Notes: generated from the sequence alone by a model not told the origin. Shown: positions 46,397 through 57,842, counted from the stretch's first letter. The stretch is 64,000 nucleotides of DNA from Deltaproteobacteria bacterium (GCA_023382265.1 JAMCPX010000008.1:84274-148273), one strand, 5' to 3'. Numbers and translations are program-made.

Positions 46397-47514
46397 GATT
46401 TTTTACAGAATTGCTAAAATCTTATGTAATCCCTGTTGTGTGGACTTTTGTTATTGCTATACCAATAATGGGTATACAAAGGGCAATCTTTGCCGGAGTC
46501 TTTATAATGATAGGTTTGCTCATATACAATTTCTTTAAAAAGAAAAGCCGTAACAACACGGATGCAGAAACGTTTTCGCAGATAAAAAAGAAACTTTCAG
46601 GCATTATAACTTACGGATATCCCGGCATATTGGCAGCAGTAATAATAATTCCGCTATTTTTAAATAGCTATGATATGGATATACTTACATCAGCATTATT
46701 ATACTCAATGCTTGCACTTGGATTGAATTTGCTTGTTGGGGATATGGGCTTATTAAATCTCGGATATATAGCATTCTATGGTATAGGTGCTTATACTTAC
46801 GCGATTCTCGCAACAAAGCTTGGTGTTGGTTTCTGGATCAGTATATGGGTAGGCGGCATAGCGTCTGCACTAATAGGCTTGATCATAGCTATTCCTACAC
46901 TCAGGTTAAAGGGTGATTATTTTGCAATTGTCACACTCGGTTTTGGAGAGATCATCAGGATAATTCTTAACAACTGGAATAGTCTTACGAACGGTCCAAA
47001 CGGTATAATGAATATTCCAAGACCTCTTTTGTTTAATTTATCATTTGATTCAGGATTAAACTTTTATTATCTGGTTCTTTGTTTCTTATTATTACAGGTT
47101 TATTTACTTTACAGAATAAAAAAATCAAGGTTCGGCAGATATTCTGTTGCTATTAGAGAGAATGAATCTGCATCAGAAATGATTGGATTAAATGCTTACA
47201 GTATTAAATTAATATTTTTTATGGTTAGTGCATTTTTTGGCGGGATTGCGGGAGTTTTGTTTGCTTCAAAGCTGAGATTTATATCTCCCGATAGCTTTAC
47301 ATTTATAGAATCGATTTATGTTCTTGCAATGGTTATACTGGGGGGCATGGGCAATATCCCTGGCGTTATAGTTGGGGCTTTTGCCCTTGTTGTTATCCCT
47401 GAATTATTGAGGAGCTTTGTCGTATACAGAATGCTCATTTTCGCACTGCTGCTTATAACAATAATGCTTTTCAGGCCGGAGGGGTTATTGGGTAAAAAGG
47501 GTTATGGGAGATAG
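46393..47514 (+). CDS. livM: Branched-chain amino acid ABC transporter permease LivM
   Basis: Belongs to the LivM permease family with about 9 TM helices. Its start overlaps the livH stop. Confidence 0.85.
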   Translation: MRFFTELLKSYVIPVVWTFVIAIPIMGIQRAIFAGVFIMIGLLIYNFFKKKSRNNTDAETFSQIKKKLSGIITYGYPGILAAVIIIPLFLNSYDMDILTSALLYSMLALGLNLLVGDMGLLNLGYIAFYGIGAYTYAILATKLGVGFWISIWVGGIASALIGLIIAIPTLRLKGDYFAIVTLGFGEIIRIILNNWNSLTNGPNGIMNIPRPLLFNLSFDSGLNFYYLVLCFLLLQVYLLYRIKKSRFGRYSVAIRENESASEMIGLNAYSIKLIFFMVSAFFGGIAGVLFASKLRFISPDSFTFIESIYVLAMVILGGMGNIPGVIVGAFALVVIPELLRSFVVYRMLIFALLLITIMLFRPEGLLGKKGYGR

Positions 47515-48277
47515 AACCGTATTGAAAGTTGATGATGTAAGCCTGATGTTTGGAGGTTTAAAGGCTCTTGATCGTATAAGTTTAGAAATGGAGAAGGGAG
47601 AGGTGCTGTGTATAATAGGACCCAATGGAGCCGGGAAGACAACGTTGTTTAATTGTATAACAGGCTTCTTAAAGCCTTCGGCGGGCAGGATTATATACGA
47701 TAACAGTATAGAGTTAACAGGTAAAAAACCCCATACAATAGCTTCTTACGGCCTATACAGGAGCTTTCAAAATCTTGCACTGTTCACACACCTTACGGTA
47801 CTTGAGAATATCCTTATAGGGGGATTAAAGAGAAAGGACGTGTCTTATAATATTATTGACGCATTGTTTTATACCTCAAAGTTTAAAAACGGAGAATATT
47901 CATTAAAAAAAGAGAGCGTACAAATTTTAGAGTTTCTGGGTCTGGCAGATAAAAAGGATACCTATACAAGTGAGCTGCCTTATGGAAAAAGGAAACTGCT
48001 CGAACTTGCAAAGGGGCTTATAACAAAACCGAAATTGCTTCTGCTGGATGAGCCTGCTGCAGGGCTGAATACAACCGAAAAGGTTGAGCTGGTAAATGCA
48101 ATAAAAAAGGTTGTAGCGCAAAAGATAGATGTAGTTATTATAGAGCACGATATGCGTTTTGTGTCTGATATCGCAAACTGGATTGTTGTTCTTGACTACG
48201 GTAAAAAGATTGCAGAGGGTTTACCTGAAGATGTAAAAAAGGATAGAGCAGTTATAGAGGCGTACATAGGTTCATAA
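47504..48277 (+). CDS. livG: Branched-chain amino acid ABC transporter ATP-binding protein LivG
   Basis: Has Walker A GPNGAGKTT, the ABC signature and Walker B LLLDEPAAG. Confidence 0.9.
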   Translation: MGDRTVLKVDDVSLMFGGLKALDRISLEMEKGEVLCIIGPNGAGKTTLFNCITGFLKPSAGRIIYDNSIELTGKKPHTIASYGLYRSFQNLALFTHLTVLENILIGGLKRKDVSYNIIDALFYTSKFKNGEYSLKKESVQILEFLGLADKKDTYTSELPYGKRKLLELAKGLITKPKLLLLDEPAAGLNTTEKVELVNAIKKVVAQKIDVVIIEHDMRFVSDIANWIVVLDYGKKIAEGLPEDVKKDRAVIEAYIGS

Positions 48278-48760
48278 TGAAGATGGTTTGAACAGTGTGT
48301 ATAATGTTAGCATAAGCCGGTTTAAAACCCGTTCCTGTTTCTCAACCCTGTATTCAATCTGCATATACATGAAATTGTACTTGACTTTCAGATTTATCCA
48401 CTTACATTTCTCATTTTATTCATCAGAAGTGGTGTAATATGAAGCGGGTTTTTAAATGTATTATAACTATCTTACTTATTCTTCTTAAGTTTTTTCAACG
48501 CTGTAGCAGTTGTTAAAACAGCAGCATACAAAGTAACTTTGTGGGCACCTCCACCCGATTCTCTTTCGGGTTTGCAGGGGTATTGCAGCAATTGTCTTTA
48601 TTGTACATGGGATTCTATATGCGCGAATAACAATTGGAGAGCACTTCTTACTGAAGGGGGATGCTCTTTTGATTGTAATTTTAATCTTTTAAGTTGTGCT
48701 ATGTATGCTGATTATCATGGATGTCCTTCGACGTATTGTACGGGTGGTTACCCTTCTTAG

Positions 48761-49084
48761 GCATTACCTCCTTTTACCGGAAAAGAGTTTATAGAAACGG
48801 TGGCAAAAGAATTCGGGACAAGTCCGGGTTACCGGGTCCTTTCAAGGTGGATGGTAAGGATGGCGGGGCTGTTTCAAACGACCATGGCAGAGCTGTATGA
48901 GATGCACTATCAGAACGAGTTCGATTATCTTTTCGATTCTTCAAAATTCCAGAACGCATTCGGGGTTCAGCCCGTGTCTTACCTGCAGGGGATCAAAGAG
49001 ACCATACAGTATTATCAGCAGAAAAAGAGGGACAGTTGTCCCTCTTCTATTATTATCTCCCTCCTGTCCATAGAGAAAGAATAA
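48761..49084 (+). pseudogene. C-terminal fragment resembling NAD-dependent epimerase/dehydratase (SDR) family protein
   Basis: ..TGKEFIETVAKEFGTSPGYRVLS...FGVQPVSYLQGIKETIQYY resembles the C-terminal substrate-binding region of SDR epimerases. No Rossmann N-terminus is present, and the only candidate start is a GTG. Confidence 0.35.
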
Positions 49085-49106
49085 AAAAGGCGGGCTTGCG
49101 CCCGCC
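49083..49106. terminator. GC hairpin (ggcgggc-ttgc-gcccgcc) with A-run on the 5' side; terminator-like for leftward transcription
   Basis: A perfect 7-bp GC stem. A poly-A lies upstream on the + strand, which reads as a U-tract on the - strand. Confidence 0.35.
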
Positions 49107-49380
49107 CCGATAGTCTTAATTCAGAATTTGTTTCTCAGTAATTTCCGCCGCCCTGGAACTGCGGGCATGTGCTGTCGGTAAAGTACGAGCACGGGAAGTA
49201 CTGTGGACCTGTAGTTGTATTAACAATTTCATTGACTGTGGTACCACCATGCACAATTGTCAAGAATGTAGCCCCAAGGTTTTCGTTAAGCAGGCTTACA
49301 GACTCAACGGATTATTTTAAGACTTGACAATACAGTCTTTGTACAAATATTATTAATGTGTCATTGTAAAATAAATCATT

Positions 49381-49929
49381 ATGAACATAAAAGACATTTC
49401 AAGGGATGGATTTAAGCTTAATCTTATAAAGGATAACGCATGGTTTATGGCCATGCTGGGATTAAGGGCTGTTGAAATAGACAGCATAAATAAGGAACTC
49501 GTATCGAATCTGGATATGCACCTTGAAGATAGCGGTGTAATTGATATACACGGCAATGTGCGTGTTGATATTAATATAAAGTGCGTAAGGTGTTTAAATT
49601 TATTTCATTACATTATTGATAAGCAATTTACCGTAATGCTTGAGCCTTACAGTAACAATTTTCAATCATACCATGAATTGAAAAAGGAAGAGCTTGATAC
49701 GGAATTTTACACAAATCATGACTTTGAACCGGAGAATATCGTTTTTGAACAGGTTATGATAAGCTTATCCATGTATCCTTTATGTAAACCTGATTGTAAG
49801 GGATTATGCAGCATCTGCGGTACAAACTTAAATGAACACCAGGATCATGTATGCAAAAAGGCTGTAGAAGAGGATAATCCATTACGGATAAAATTACAAA
49901 GATTGAAATTAATAAAAGGAGCTAAATAA
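49381..49929 (+). CDS. yceD: YceD/DUF177 family protein (23S rRNA accumulation protein)
   Basis: Has CxxC...CxxC metal-binding pairs and sits immediately upstream of rpmF, the conserved yceD-rpmF-plsX arrangement. Confidence 0.8.
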   Translation: MNIKDISRDGFKLNLIKDNAWFMAMLGLRAVEIDSINKELVSNLDMHLEDSGVIDIHGNVRVDINIKCVRCLNLFHYIIDKQFTVMLEPYSNNFQSYHELKKEELDTEFYTNHDFEPENIVFEQVMISLSMYPLCKPDCKGLCSICGTNLNEHQDHVCKKAVEEDNPLRIKLQRLKLIKGAK

Positions 49930-50111
49930 TGGCACAGCCAAAAAGAAGACATTCAAAATCAAGACGGGACAAAAGAAGGGCAAATTACAAATTGGAAGCA
50001 ACAGCTCTTGTTGCCTGTCCAAGGTGCAGTCAGTTGATGAAACCTCATCATGTATGCCCCACATGTGGTTATTATGACGGAAAAGAAATAGTAGAGGTAA
50101 AAGAAATTTAA
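49929..50111 (+). CDS. rpmF: 50S ribosomal protein L32
   Basis: Begins MAQPKRRHSKSRRDKRRA.. and has a CPRC...CPTCG zinc ribbon. Confidence 0.9.
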   Translation: MAQPKRRHSKSRRDKRRANYKLEATALVACPRCSQLMKPHHVCPTCGYYDGKEIVEVKEI

Positions 50112-50116
50112 TAACT

Positions 50117-51118
50117 ATGAAAGTTGCGTTTGATGCTTTTGGAACCGACGGCTCTCCAGATACTGAGATAAAAGCGGTTAATGAGGCAATAAAACAGGGT
50201 ATCGAAGTAATACTCGTAGGAGATAAAGAAAAACTTGCATCCGTGGACTCACGGATAGAGATCGTTGATGCAAAAGAGATAATTACTATGGGTGAATCTC
50301 CCTCTCTGGTCATAAGGGGCAAGAAGGATGCTTCAATGCGTGTAGCAATAGAGCTGGTTGCAAAAGGAAGGGCTGATGCAGTGGTAAGCGCAGGGAATTC
50401 GGGGGCTATGATGGCATTATCCATGCTTATCTTAAAAAAATTACCGGGCGTTTACAGACCCGCAATAGCCGGTGTGATGCCGAGTTACAAAGGGCACACC
50501 GTATTTATAGACATGGGTGCGAATGTAGATTGTAAACCCGTTCACCTTGTTCAATTTGCTGTAATGGGCAGTGTTTATGCAGAAAAATTATTCAATATAA
50601 CTAATCCAAACATTGGTTTGCTTAGCAATGGAGAGGAAGACAGCAAGGGGAATGAGTTAACCCATCAAACGCATGAATTGTTAAAGAAAACATCTTTAAA
50701 CTACAAAGGTTACGTTGAAGGTAAAGATATATACACTGGGGATGTGGATGTTATTGTAGCAGATGGGTTTGTGGGGAATACGGTTTTAAAGGCGAGCGAA
50801 GGCGTTGCTGACATGATAACAAAAATGATAAAGGACAGCTATAAAGCATCTCCTATAAGCATACTCGGCTATCTGCTGTCCGTAGGGGCATTTAACAGAC
50901 TGAAAAAACGCATTGATTATGCCGAGTACGGCGGAGCCCCTCTCATAGGCATAAACGGGCTGTCAATAATAAGCCACGGCCGTTCAAATGTAAAAGCACT
51001 TGTCAGCTCACTTGCATTATCAAAAAGATTTTATGAAACAAGGCTCAATTATGCAATAATAGAAGAACTCAATCGCAACACCGCATTACTTAACAATATA
51101 AATGAGGAGAACCTATGA
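50117..51118 (+). CDS. plsX: Phosphate acyltransferase PlsX
   Basis: Has the MKVAFDAFGTDGSP N-terminus and is 333 aa. Confidence 0.95.
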   Translation: MKVAFDAFGTDGSPDTEIKAVNEAIKQGIEVILVGDKEKLASVDSRIEIVDAKEIITMGESPSLVIRGKKDASMRVAIELVAKGRADAVVSAGNSGAMMALSMLILKKLPGVYRPAIAGVMPSYKGHTVFIDMGANVDCKPVHLVQFAVMGSVYAEKLFNITNPNIGLLSNGEEDSKGNELTHQTHELLKKTSLNYKGYVEGKDIYTGDVDVIVADGFVGNTVLKASEGVADMITKMIKDSYKASPISILGYLLSVGAFNRLKKRIDYAEYGGAPLIGINGLSIISHGRSNVKALVSSLALSKRFYETRLNYAIIEELNRNTALLNNINEENL

Positions 51119-52053
51119 AGATTGCATTCATTTTTCCCGGGCAAGGTTCTCAATATGTGGGAATGGGTAAATCACTTTATGATCATTTTGATATTATAAA
51201 AGATTACTATGATAAAGCAGATAAGACACTTGGATATAGCCTGAAAAATCTGATGTTCGAAGGACCTAAAGAAGAATTAACACTAACGTACAATGCGCAA
51301 CCCGCAATACTTACGATGAGTATAGCGGTTCTTGAACTTGTAAAAAGCAAAATAGCTATAGAACCACTGGTGTGTATGGGGCACAGTGTTGGAGAGTACA
51401 GCGCCCTTGTAGCAGCAGGTGCCATAAGCTTTGAAGAGGCTGTTTACGCTGTAAGAAAAAGAGGTGAAGCTATGCAAGCGGCGGTAAAACCTGGTGAAGG
51501 AACAATGGCCGCTATTATAGGAGCTGACGAACTTGCGATAAAACAGTCTTTAACCCAGGCCCAGGCATCTGTAGGCGGGATTGCAGAGATAGCAAATTAT
51601 AATAGCCCTGAACAGATAGTAATTGCGGGTAATGTTATCACTGTTGAAAAAGCTATGAGCCTATTACATGCAAAGGGTGCAAAACTGGTTAAAAAACTTG
51701 AAGTTAGCGCCCCGTTTCATTCAAGCCTTATGTCGCCTGCCGTACCTGTTATGGAAAAAGTATTACAGGATATTAGCTTTAAAAATACAAAATGTCCGGT
51801 CATCTTCAATGTTGATGCGCAGCCCCATTCATTAGCCGAGGATATGTACCCTTTGCTTTTAAAGCAGATTGCGAGTTCCGTAAGATGGACGGATACAATT
51901 TTATACGCAATAAAGCATGGTGTCGACACTTTTATTGAAATGGGACCAGGTAATGTCCTCACAATGCTTGTAAAACGTATCAACCAATCTGTAAAGTTTA
52001 TTAATGTAAACGACGAAACGACACTTGAACGATTATACGCCGCCGTACAATAA
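51115..52053 (+). CDS. fabD: Malonyl-CoA:ACP transacylase FabD
   Basis: Has FIFPGQGSQYVGMG and the GHSVGE active-site serine. Confidence 0.95.
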   Translation: MKIAFIFPGQGSQYVGMGKSLYDHFDIIKDYYDKADKTLGYSLKNLMFEGPKEELTLTYNAQPAILTMSIAVLELVKSKIAIEPLVCMGHSVGEYSALVAAGAISFEEAVYAVRKRGEAMQAAVKPGEGTMAAIIGADELAIKQSLTQAQASVGGIAEIANYNSPEQIVIAGNVITVEKAMSLLHAKGAKLVKKLEVSAPFHSSLMSPAVPVMEKVLQDISFKNTKCPVIFNVDAQPHSLAEDMYPLLLKQIASSVRWTDTILYAIKHGVDTFIEMGPGNVLTMLVKRINQSVKFINVNDETTLERLYAAVQ

Positions 52054-52054
52054 T

Positions 52055-52801
52055 ATGGGATGGGATTTTTCAGATAAAATTGCGGTTGTTACCGGAGGAG
52101 CAAAGGGTATTGGTAGAGCGATAACAGAAAAATTATTGTCGTACAATACTACTGTAATAATTATTTATAATAATTCACAAGAGGATGCCGAGAATGTCTG
52201 TAAAGCTGCAGAAAATGCCGGAAGAAAAGCTTACGCAATCAGGTGTAATGTTACAAATCCTTCAGAGGTCAAAAACGCATTTGAATATATAGAAAAAACC
52301 TTTAAAAAACTCGATTTTCTTATAAACAATGCCGGTATCACAAAAGATAATCTATTAATAAGAATGAAGGATGAAGAATGGCTTGATGTCGTTTCTACAA
52401 ACCTGAACGGCGTTTTTTATTGCACAAGATCAGCGGTTAAGCTTATGTTGAGAAAGAGATACGGCAGAATAATAAACATATCATCTATTGTTGGCATATC
52501 CGGTAATCCGGGTCAGTCAAATTATGCTGCAACAAAAGCCGGGATAATAGGCTTTACAAAGGCCGCAGCAAAAGAGATGGGCGGGAAAAATATACTTGTA
52601 AATGCTATTGCGCCTGGTTATATTGAAACAGATATGGTTTCTGTTATGCCTGAAGAGTTTAAAACCATGATACTCGGGAACATACCTCTGCACAGGTACG
52701 GGACACCTGAAGATGTTGCCGGCTTAGTATGTTTTCTATTATCGGATGATGCCGGTTATATAAATGGTGCTGTTGTAGATATAAACGGTGGTATACTTTA
52801 A
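52055..52801 (+). CDS. fabG: 3-oxoacyl-ACP reductase FabG
   Basis: Has the NADP-binding TGGAKGIG motif, NAG, and the YAATKAG catalytic Y-x3-K. The start was set at ATG 52055, just after the fabD stop. Confidence 0.95.
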   Translation: MGWDFSDKIAVVTGGAKGIGRAITEKLLSYNTTVIIIYNNSQEDAENVCKAAENAGRKAYAIRCNVTNPSEVKNAFEYIEKTFKKLDFLINNAGITKDNLLIRMKDEEWLDVVSTNLNGVFYCTRSAVKLMLRKRYGRIINISSIVGISGNPGQSNYAATKAGIIGFTKAAAKEMGGKNILVNAIAPGYIETDMVSVMPEEFKTMILGNIPLHRYGTPEDVAGLVCFLLSDDAGYINGAVVDINGGIL

Positions 52802-52827
52802 GAAGTTTAATAAAGGAGGAAACAATT

Positions 52828-53067
52828 ATGTCATTAGAAAAAGCGGTAAGAGAACTTATTGCTGATCGGCTGAAGCTCGATCTAGAACAGGTTCAGGTGA
52901 ATGCAAGATTTATAGAGGATCTCGGGGCAGACTCTCTTGATATCGTCGAGATGATCATGCAGATGGAAGAGCTTTTTGGTGTAACGATCCCGGATGAGGA
53001 TGCAGAGAAAATCAAAACTGTAAATGATGCTATTTCTTATCTAAAAGAAAAGGGAGTGAATGCTTAA
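52828..53067 (+). CDS. acpP: Acyl carrier protein
   Basis: [11 protein letters not shown] is the phosphopantetheine-attachment serine motif, and the ORF is 79 aa. Confidence 0.95.
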   Translation: MSLEKAVRELIADRLKLDLEQVQVNARFIEDLGADSLDIVEMIMQMEELFGVTIPDEDAEKIKTVNDAISYLKEKGVNA

Positions 53068-54304
53068 AAGAAGGGTTGCTATTACAGGTATTGGTACTGT
53101 TAATCCGCTTGGTAATAGTACGAAAGAAAGCTGGTCAGAACTTATCCAGGGAAATGGGGGGATCAATATTGTATCAAGGTTTGATCCGGCAGAGTGCGAA
53201 GCAAAAATTGCCGGCGAGGTAAAAAATTTTAATCCTGAAAATTTTATTGAGAAAAGGGATATTAAAAAAATGTCTCTTTTTATTCAGTATGCAATAGCTT
53301 CTTCTTTAATGGCTTATGAAGACAGCGGTCTTACGAAAGATCATATTGATCCTGAAAGGCTCGGGGTAATTATTGGCAGCGGTATGGGTGGACTTGAAAG
53401 TATTGAGTTCTACCACCGGCTTCTATTGTCGGATGGCCCAAGAAAGGTTTCTCCATTCTTTATACCAATGACGATCGGCAATATGGCAACAGGTTACGTT
53501 GCGATAAAACTTGATGCAAGGGGCCCGAATTTATGTATTACAACTGCATGTACATCCGGTGCTCACTCTGTAGGAGAGGCGTTCAGGTATATACAGAATG
53601 GGCTTGCGGATGTGGTCTTTGCGGGTGGAGCGGAATCAACGATAACACCTCTTGCGTTCGCAGGGTTTACCAATATGAAGGCATTATCAACAAAAAATGA
53701 TAATCCCGAAAAGGCTTCAATGCCGTTTGATAATGAACGCGATGGATTTATTCTGGCAGAGGGCGCAGGAATACTTGTGCTGGAGGAATATGAGCATGCA
53801 AGGTCGAGGAATGCAAGGATCTACGCAGAGATAATTGGATATGGAGCAAATGGAGATGCGTACCATATTACCGCGCCTTCTCCTGAAGGCAAAGGAGCAA
53901 CCGATTGCATGAAGCTTGCAATAAGTAATGCCGGTATAAAGCCGGAAGAGATTGATTACATAAATGCTCACGGCACTTCTACAAAATACAATGACCTTTA
54001 TGAGACAAAGGCAATTAAAACCGTATTCGGTGAGCATGCATATAAATTAGCTGTTAGTTCTACAAAAGGTGCTACCGGACATTTGCTCGGTGCAGCAGGC
54101 GGTGTTGAAGCCATATTTACGGTACTTGCAATTTATCATAAGATTGTCCCGCCTACAATAAACTACTCAACTCCAGATCCGGAATGTGACCTTAACTATG
54201 TCCCAAATAATGCAATAGAAAAGGAAATCAGATTTGCCCTTTCAAACTCTTTTGGTTTTGGCGGGACAAATGGTGTATTATTATTTAAGAGGGTAGAGGA
54301 TTGA
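53060..54304 (+). CDS. fabF: 3-oxoacyl-ACP synthase II FabF
   Basis: Has the active-site Cys (TACTSG), the His-His catalytic residues and is 414 aa. Confidence 0.95.
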   Translation: MLKRRVAITGIGTVNPLGNSTKESWSELIQGNGGINIVSRFDPAECEAKIAGEVKNFNPENFIEKRDIKKMSLFIQYAIASSLMAYEDSGLTKDHIDPERLGVIIGSGMGGLESIEFYHRLLLSDGPRKVSPFFIPMTIGNMATGYVAIKLDARGPNLCITTACTSGAHSVGEAFRYIQNGLADVVFAGGAESTITPLAFAGFTNMKALSTKNDNPEKASMPFDNERDGFILAEGAGILVLEEYEHARSRNARIYAEIIGYGANGDAYHITAPSPEGKGATDCMKLAISNAGIKPEEIDYINAHGTSTKYNDLYETKAIKTVFGEHAYKLAVSSTKGATGHLLGAAGGVEAIFTVLAIYHKIVPPTINYSTPDPECDLNYVPNNAIEKEIRFALSNSFGFGGTNGVLLFKRVED

Positions 54305-54771
54305 AGATTGCAATCGCATCAGACCATGCGGGATTTTCTTTAAAACAGGAGATTTTCAGGTTTTTAACAGAAAAACATATAGAGGTGAAGGATCTCGGTA
54401 CATTCACAGAATCATCCGTTGATTATCCAGATTATGCATTAAAGGTAGCAGAATCTATTTTTGCAAACGAGGCGGAGAAAGGGATACTCATTTGTGGAAC
54501 AGGCATTGGCATGTCCATTGCCGCAAACAAGTATCCCCATATTATTGCAGCGCTTGTTTACAGTACTTATACTGCTGAAATGGCGGCAAGGCATAACAAT
54601 GCAAATGTAATCACGCTGGGTGGAAGAACAATGGATAAAAAGGATGCATTAAAATGCGTAGATATCTGGCTTAATACACCATTTGAACATGGCAGGCACG
54701 AAACCAGGATTAACAAGATCCTCAATAGTAAAACAAACAAGAAAGGAGATGGATCTTATGGAACACCTTAA
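54301..54771 (+). CDS. rpiB: Ribose-5-phosphate isomerase B
   Basis: [15 protein letters not shown] is the RpiB/LacAB N-terminus. Confidence 0.9.
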   Translation: MKIAIASDHAGFSLKQEIFRFLTEKHIEVKDLGTFTESSVDYPDYALKVAESIFANEAEKGILICGTGIGMSIAANKYPHIIAALVYSTYTAEMAARHNNANVITLGGRTMDKKDALKCVDIWLNTPFEHGRHETRINKILNSKTNKKGDGSYGTP

Positions 54772-56002
54772 ACATACAGACGTAGATGTGTATAACGCCA
54801 TTTTAAAGGAAATAAAGAGACAGCAAAATACACTTGAGCTTATCGCCTCTGAAAATATTGTAAGCAGAGCAGTGCTTGAGGCAATGGGTAGCGTTATGAC
54901 AAACAAGTACGCAGAAGGCTATCCCGGGAAAAGATACTATGGGGGCTGCGAAAACATGGATACAGTAGAGCAGCTTGCAATAGACAGGGCAAAAGAGCTT
55001 TTCAAGGCGGACTATGTTAATGTTCAACCCCACTCAGGTGCACAGGCAAACATGTCTGTGTATTTTGCCTTTCTTAATCCCGGGGATACCATTATGGGTA
55101 TGAACCTGGCGCACGGCGGACATCTTACTCATGGTAGTCCTGTAAACTTCTCGGGCAGGTTTTACAAGGTTATACCGTATGGGGTAAGAAAGGATACGAG
55201 AACAATCGATTACGATGAACTTGAAAAGCTTGCGATGGAGCACAGGCCAAAGATGCTCATCGCCGGTGCATCGGCATATCCAAGGACAATAGATTTCGAA
55301 AGATTCTCAAAGATAGCCAAGTTCTGCAATGCATATCTCATGGTTGATATGGCACACATCGCAGGACTTGTTGCAACGGGCCTACACCCGAGTCCTGTAC
55401 CATGGTCTGATTTTGTTACAACTACTACCCATAAGACACTGAGAGGCCCTCGTGGAGGGGTTGTTATGTCTAAATCGGAGCACGAAAAACAGATCAGATC
55501 TCAGGTGTTCCCCGGCATGCAGGGCGGCCCGCTTATGCATGTCATTGCTGCAAAAGCAGTATCATTCAAAGAAGCGATGTCGGAAGGGTTTAAACAGTAC
55601 CAGAAGCAGGTTGTTAAGAATGCAAAACTGTTTGCAGAAGAACTACTTAAAAGAGGCTATGATATTGTATCGGGAGGTACCGACACACATCTGTTTCTTG
55701 TTGATCTTACATCAAGAGGCATAACAGGCAAGGATGCTGAACATACGCTTGAGATAGCAGGTATTACGGTAAACAAGAATGCGGTACCTTATGACGAAAA
55801 ACCGCCTGCAGTAACAAGCGGATTGAGAATCGGAACGCCTGCAATAACATCAAGGGGTATGAAGGAGCCTGAAATATTATTAATCGCAGAGTATATTGAT
55901 GAGGCTTTAAAGAATAAAGATAACAATACAAGACTTGAGGAGATAAAACAAAGGGTTGTAAAATTGTGCGGTAATTTCCCGATATATGAAGATTTAGTCT
56001 AA
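54758..56002 (+). CDS. glyA: Serine hydroxymethyltransferase
   Basis: Has the PLP-lysine motif ([13 protein letters not shown]). The start was set at ATG 54758 ([13 protein letters not shown]), which follows GGAG. The ORF-track start at 54683 overlaps rpiB. Confidence 0.95.
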   Translation: MEHLKHTDVDVYNAILKEIKRQQNTLELIASENIVSRAVLEAMGSVMTNKYAEGYPGKRYYGGCENMDTVEQLAIDRAKELFKADYVNVQPHSGAQANMSVYFAFLNPGDTIMGMNLAHGGHLTHGSPVNFSGRFYKVIPYGVRKDTRTIDYDELEKLAMEHRPKMLIAGASAYPRTIDFERFSKIAKFCNAYLMVDMAHIAGLVATGLHPSPVPWSDFVTTTTHKTLRGPRGGVVMSKSEHEKQIRSQVFPGMQGGPLMHVIAAKAVSFKEAMSEGFKQYQKQVVKNAKLFAEELLKRGYDIVSGGTDTHLFLVDLTSRGITGKDAEHTLEIAGITVNKNAVPYDEKPPAVTSGLRIGTPAITSRGMKEPEILLIAEYIDEALKNKDNNTRLEEIKQRVVKLCGNFPIYEDLV

Positions 56003-56007
56003 CAATT

Positions 56008-56490
56008 ATGAAATGCCCGAAATGCGATTATCTTGATACTGCTGTTATAGATTCACGCATGACAAAAGACGGCTCTTCTATTAGAAGACGGAGAGAATGC
56101 CCGAAGTGTAATACACGGTTTACAACTTATGAAAGAATGGAGACTGCTGCGTCTCTTATGGTGATAAAAAAGGACAATAGAAGAGAGGTATTTGACAGGC
56201 AAAAGATCAAGCAGGGTATAATAAAGGCATGCGAGAAAAGACCTATAAGCATGGACACCATTGATAAGATTGTAGAAAGGATTGTAAAAAAGTATGAAGA
56301 CGCTCCTGAAAAAGAGTTCGCCTCGACCCGTATAGGTGAAGATATAATGATGGAGCTTAAAGAGCTTGATAAGGTTGCTTATGTTAGGTTTGCTTCTGTG
56401 TACAGGGAGTTTAATGACATAAGTGAATTCATGGATGAATTGGAGAGTCTGTTGAAAACAAAGTTAAAGAAACCTGCCAACAAGAAGTAA
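56008..56490 (+). CDS. nrdR: Transcriptional repressor NrdR
   Basis: MKCPKC...CPKC is the zinc ribbon and an ATP-cone follows. The ORF is 160 aa. Confidence 0.9.
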   Translation: MKCPKCDYLDTAVIDSRMTKDGSSIRRRRECPKCNTRFTTYERMETAASLMVIKKDNRREVFDRQKIKQGIIKACEKRPISMDTIDKIVERIVKKYEDAPEKEFASTRIGEDIMMELKELDKVAYVRFASVYREFNDISEFMDELESLLKTKLKKPANKK

Positions 56491-56518
56491 AATACCCCTT
56501 TCTTGTTAAAAAACAATT

Positions 56519-56926
56519 CTATCCGGCTTTTGTATCTATTGCAAAGTTTGCGAGTTTGTCTGCCTCACGATTCAATTCTCTTGGTATATGTTTTACTGTT
56601 ATACTATCAAAATTGACCATAAGCCCCAGGTATACCCTGAATAACTTTTTTAGGTTTGTATCCTTTACAGCGTAATCACCGTTTACCTGTGAGACAAGCA
56701 GCTGGGAGTCGGACAGAATCTTTACTTTTTTAATATGTAATTCTATAAGCTTTTCAAGTGCAAATAGAAGGGCATTATATTCAGCCACATTGTTTGTTGC
56801 ATGGCCCAGATATTTACTGAAACGCATTGGCTCCTTTTCTACACCATAGACGACAACACCACATCCCGCGTCTCCAGGATTGCCCCTTGATGCTCCATCG
56901 ATATATACTACTATCCCGCTATCCAT
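56519..56926 (-). CDS. rnhA: Ribonuclease HI
   Basis: Has the YIDGASRGNPG motif and the DEDD catalytic residues. The ORF is 135 aa. Confidence 0.9.
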   Translation of the reverse strand: MDSGIVVYIDGASRGNPGDAGCGVVVYGVEKEPMRFSKYLGHATNNVAEYNALLFALEKLIELHIKKVKILSDSQLLVSQVNGDYAVKDTNLKKLFRVYLGLMVNFDSITVKHIPRELNREADKLANFAIDTKAG

Positions 56927-57842
56927 TATCCAGCATTACCTGTTTTATTAATGCCTCCACCGAGAGTTCAATAACATCCTGTTTATACATTGTCATCTCA
57001 TTCTTGTAACTCAATTCCATAAGCCATGCCTTTATCGCACCCTTATCCTTACCATCGTGTATTTGTTTCTGTATTTTCTCTTTTATAGAATAGGCTGTGT
57101 CTATGGATTCTCTTATACGATTTAATGCCTCGTTACCTTTAAAATAGGTTGTATGACCGAGTCCTATTATATCAGGCCGCATTGATTCTATAAGCTTTAA
57201 TGATTGCACGTATTGCTTAAAGCCAAAAAAGAATAAAGGCATATTGCTGTTATCCGAATAGTAAAATCCCGCTGAATCAGATATGAGCATAGTACCTTCT
57301 GATTTTATGAATAAAGATAAAATGCCAGATGTGTGGCCGGGGGTTGCAATTGCCTTTATATCTTTATTAATGATCGTATCTCCATTATTGATCTCTGACG
57401 TTACCTTAAATCCTTCATCGGAGACATCAAAGGTTGTTTCTCCAAGCCCCCTGTACACATCAACAAAATGCCTGTCCTCTATCATGAAATTTTGTATTAC
57501 CTGTTGTTTCAAAAGCCGTTCTTTTGTTTTGGTTGATGAAAGCACAAAAGCCCTGTTAAAATGCTTGGCCAAATGAGGTAAACCTGTTGTGTGATCTGCA
57601 TGCTCGTGAGATATAACGATATATCCTATGTCTTCTTTTTTGATATTAAGTGCATTAATCTGATCAAAGATTTTTTTTGATGTAGCTGTTACACCTGCTT
57701 CAAAAATGATATAGGTATCATCTGCCTTTATAAGATAGGAAATAAACCTGCTATCCCCTAACGCATAAACCCAGTCGTTTAGTTTAAAAGGAAAACATTG
57801 TTTCATCAGGATATGTTTAAAAAGTATAGCAAAAATAGTCAA
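56919..57842 (-). CDS. MBL-fold metallo-hydrolase
   Basis: ISHEHADHTTG is the HxHxDH motif. Its stop overlaps the rnhA start. Confidence 0.8.
   Translation of the reverse strand: MTIFAILFKHILMKQCFPFKLNDWVYALGDSRFISYLIKADDTYIIFEAGVTATSKKIFDQINALNIKKEDIGYIVISHEHADHTTGLPHLAKHFNRAFVLSSTKTKERLLKQQVIQNFMIEDRHFVDVYRGLGETTFDVSDEGFKVTSEINNGDTIINKDIKAIATPGHTSGILSLFIKSEGTMLISDSAGFYYSDNSNMPLFFFGFKQYVQSLKLIESMRPDIIGLGHTTYFKGNEALNRIRESIDTAYSIKEKIQKQIHDGKDKGAIKAWLMELSYKNEMTMYKQDVIELSVEALIKQVMLDNG

Noticed and set aside
48539-48760. Cys-rich 73-aa ORF (MWAPPPDSLSGLQGYCSNCLYCTWDSICANN...)
   Set aside because: It has no RBS and lies in a degenerate intergenic stretch. It is possibly a remnant or a small Cys-rich peptide, but the evidence is insufficient to call a gene.
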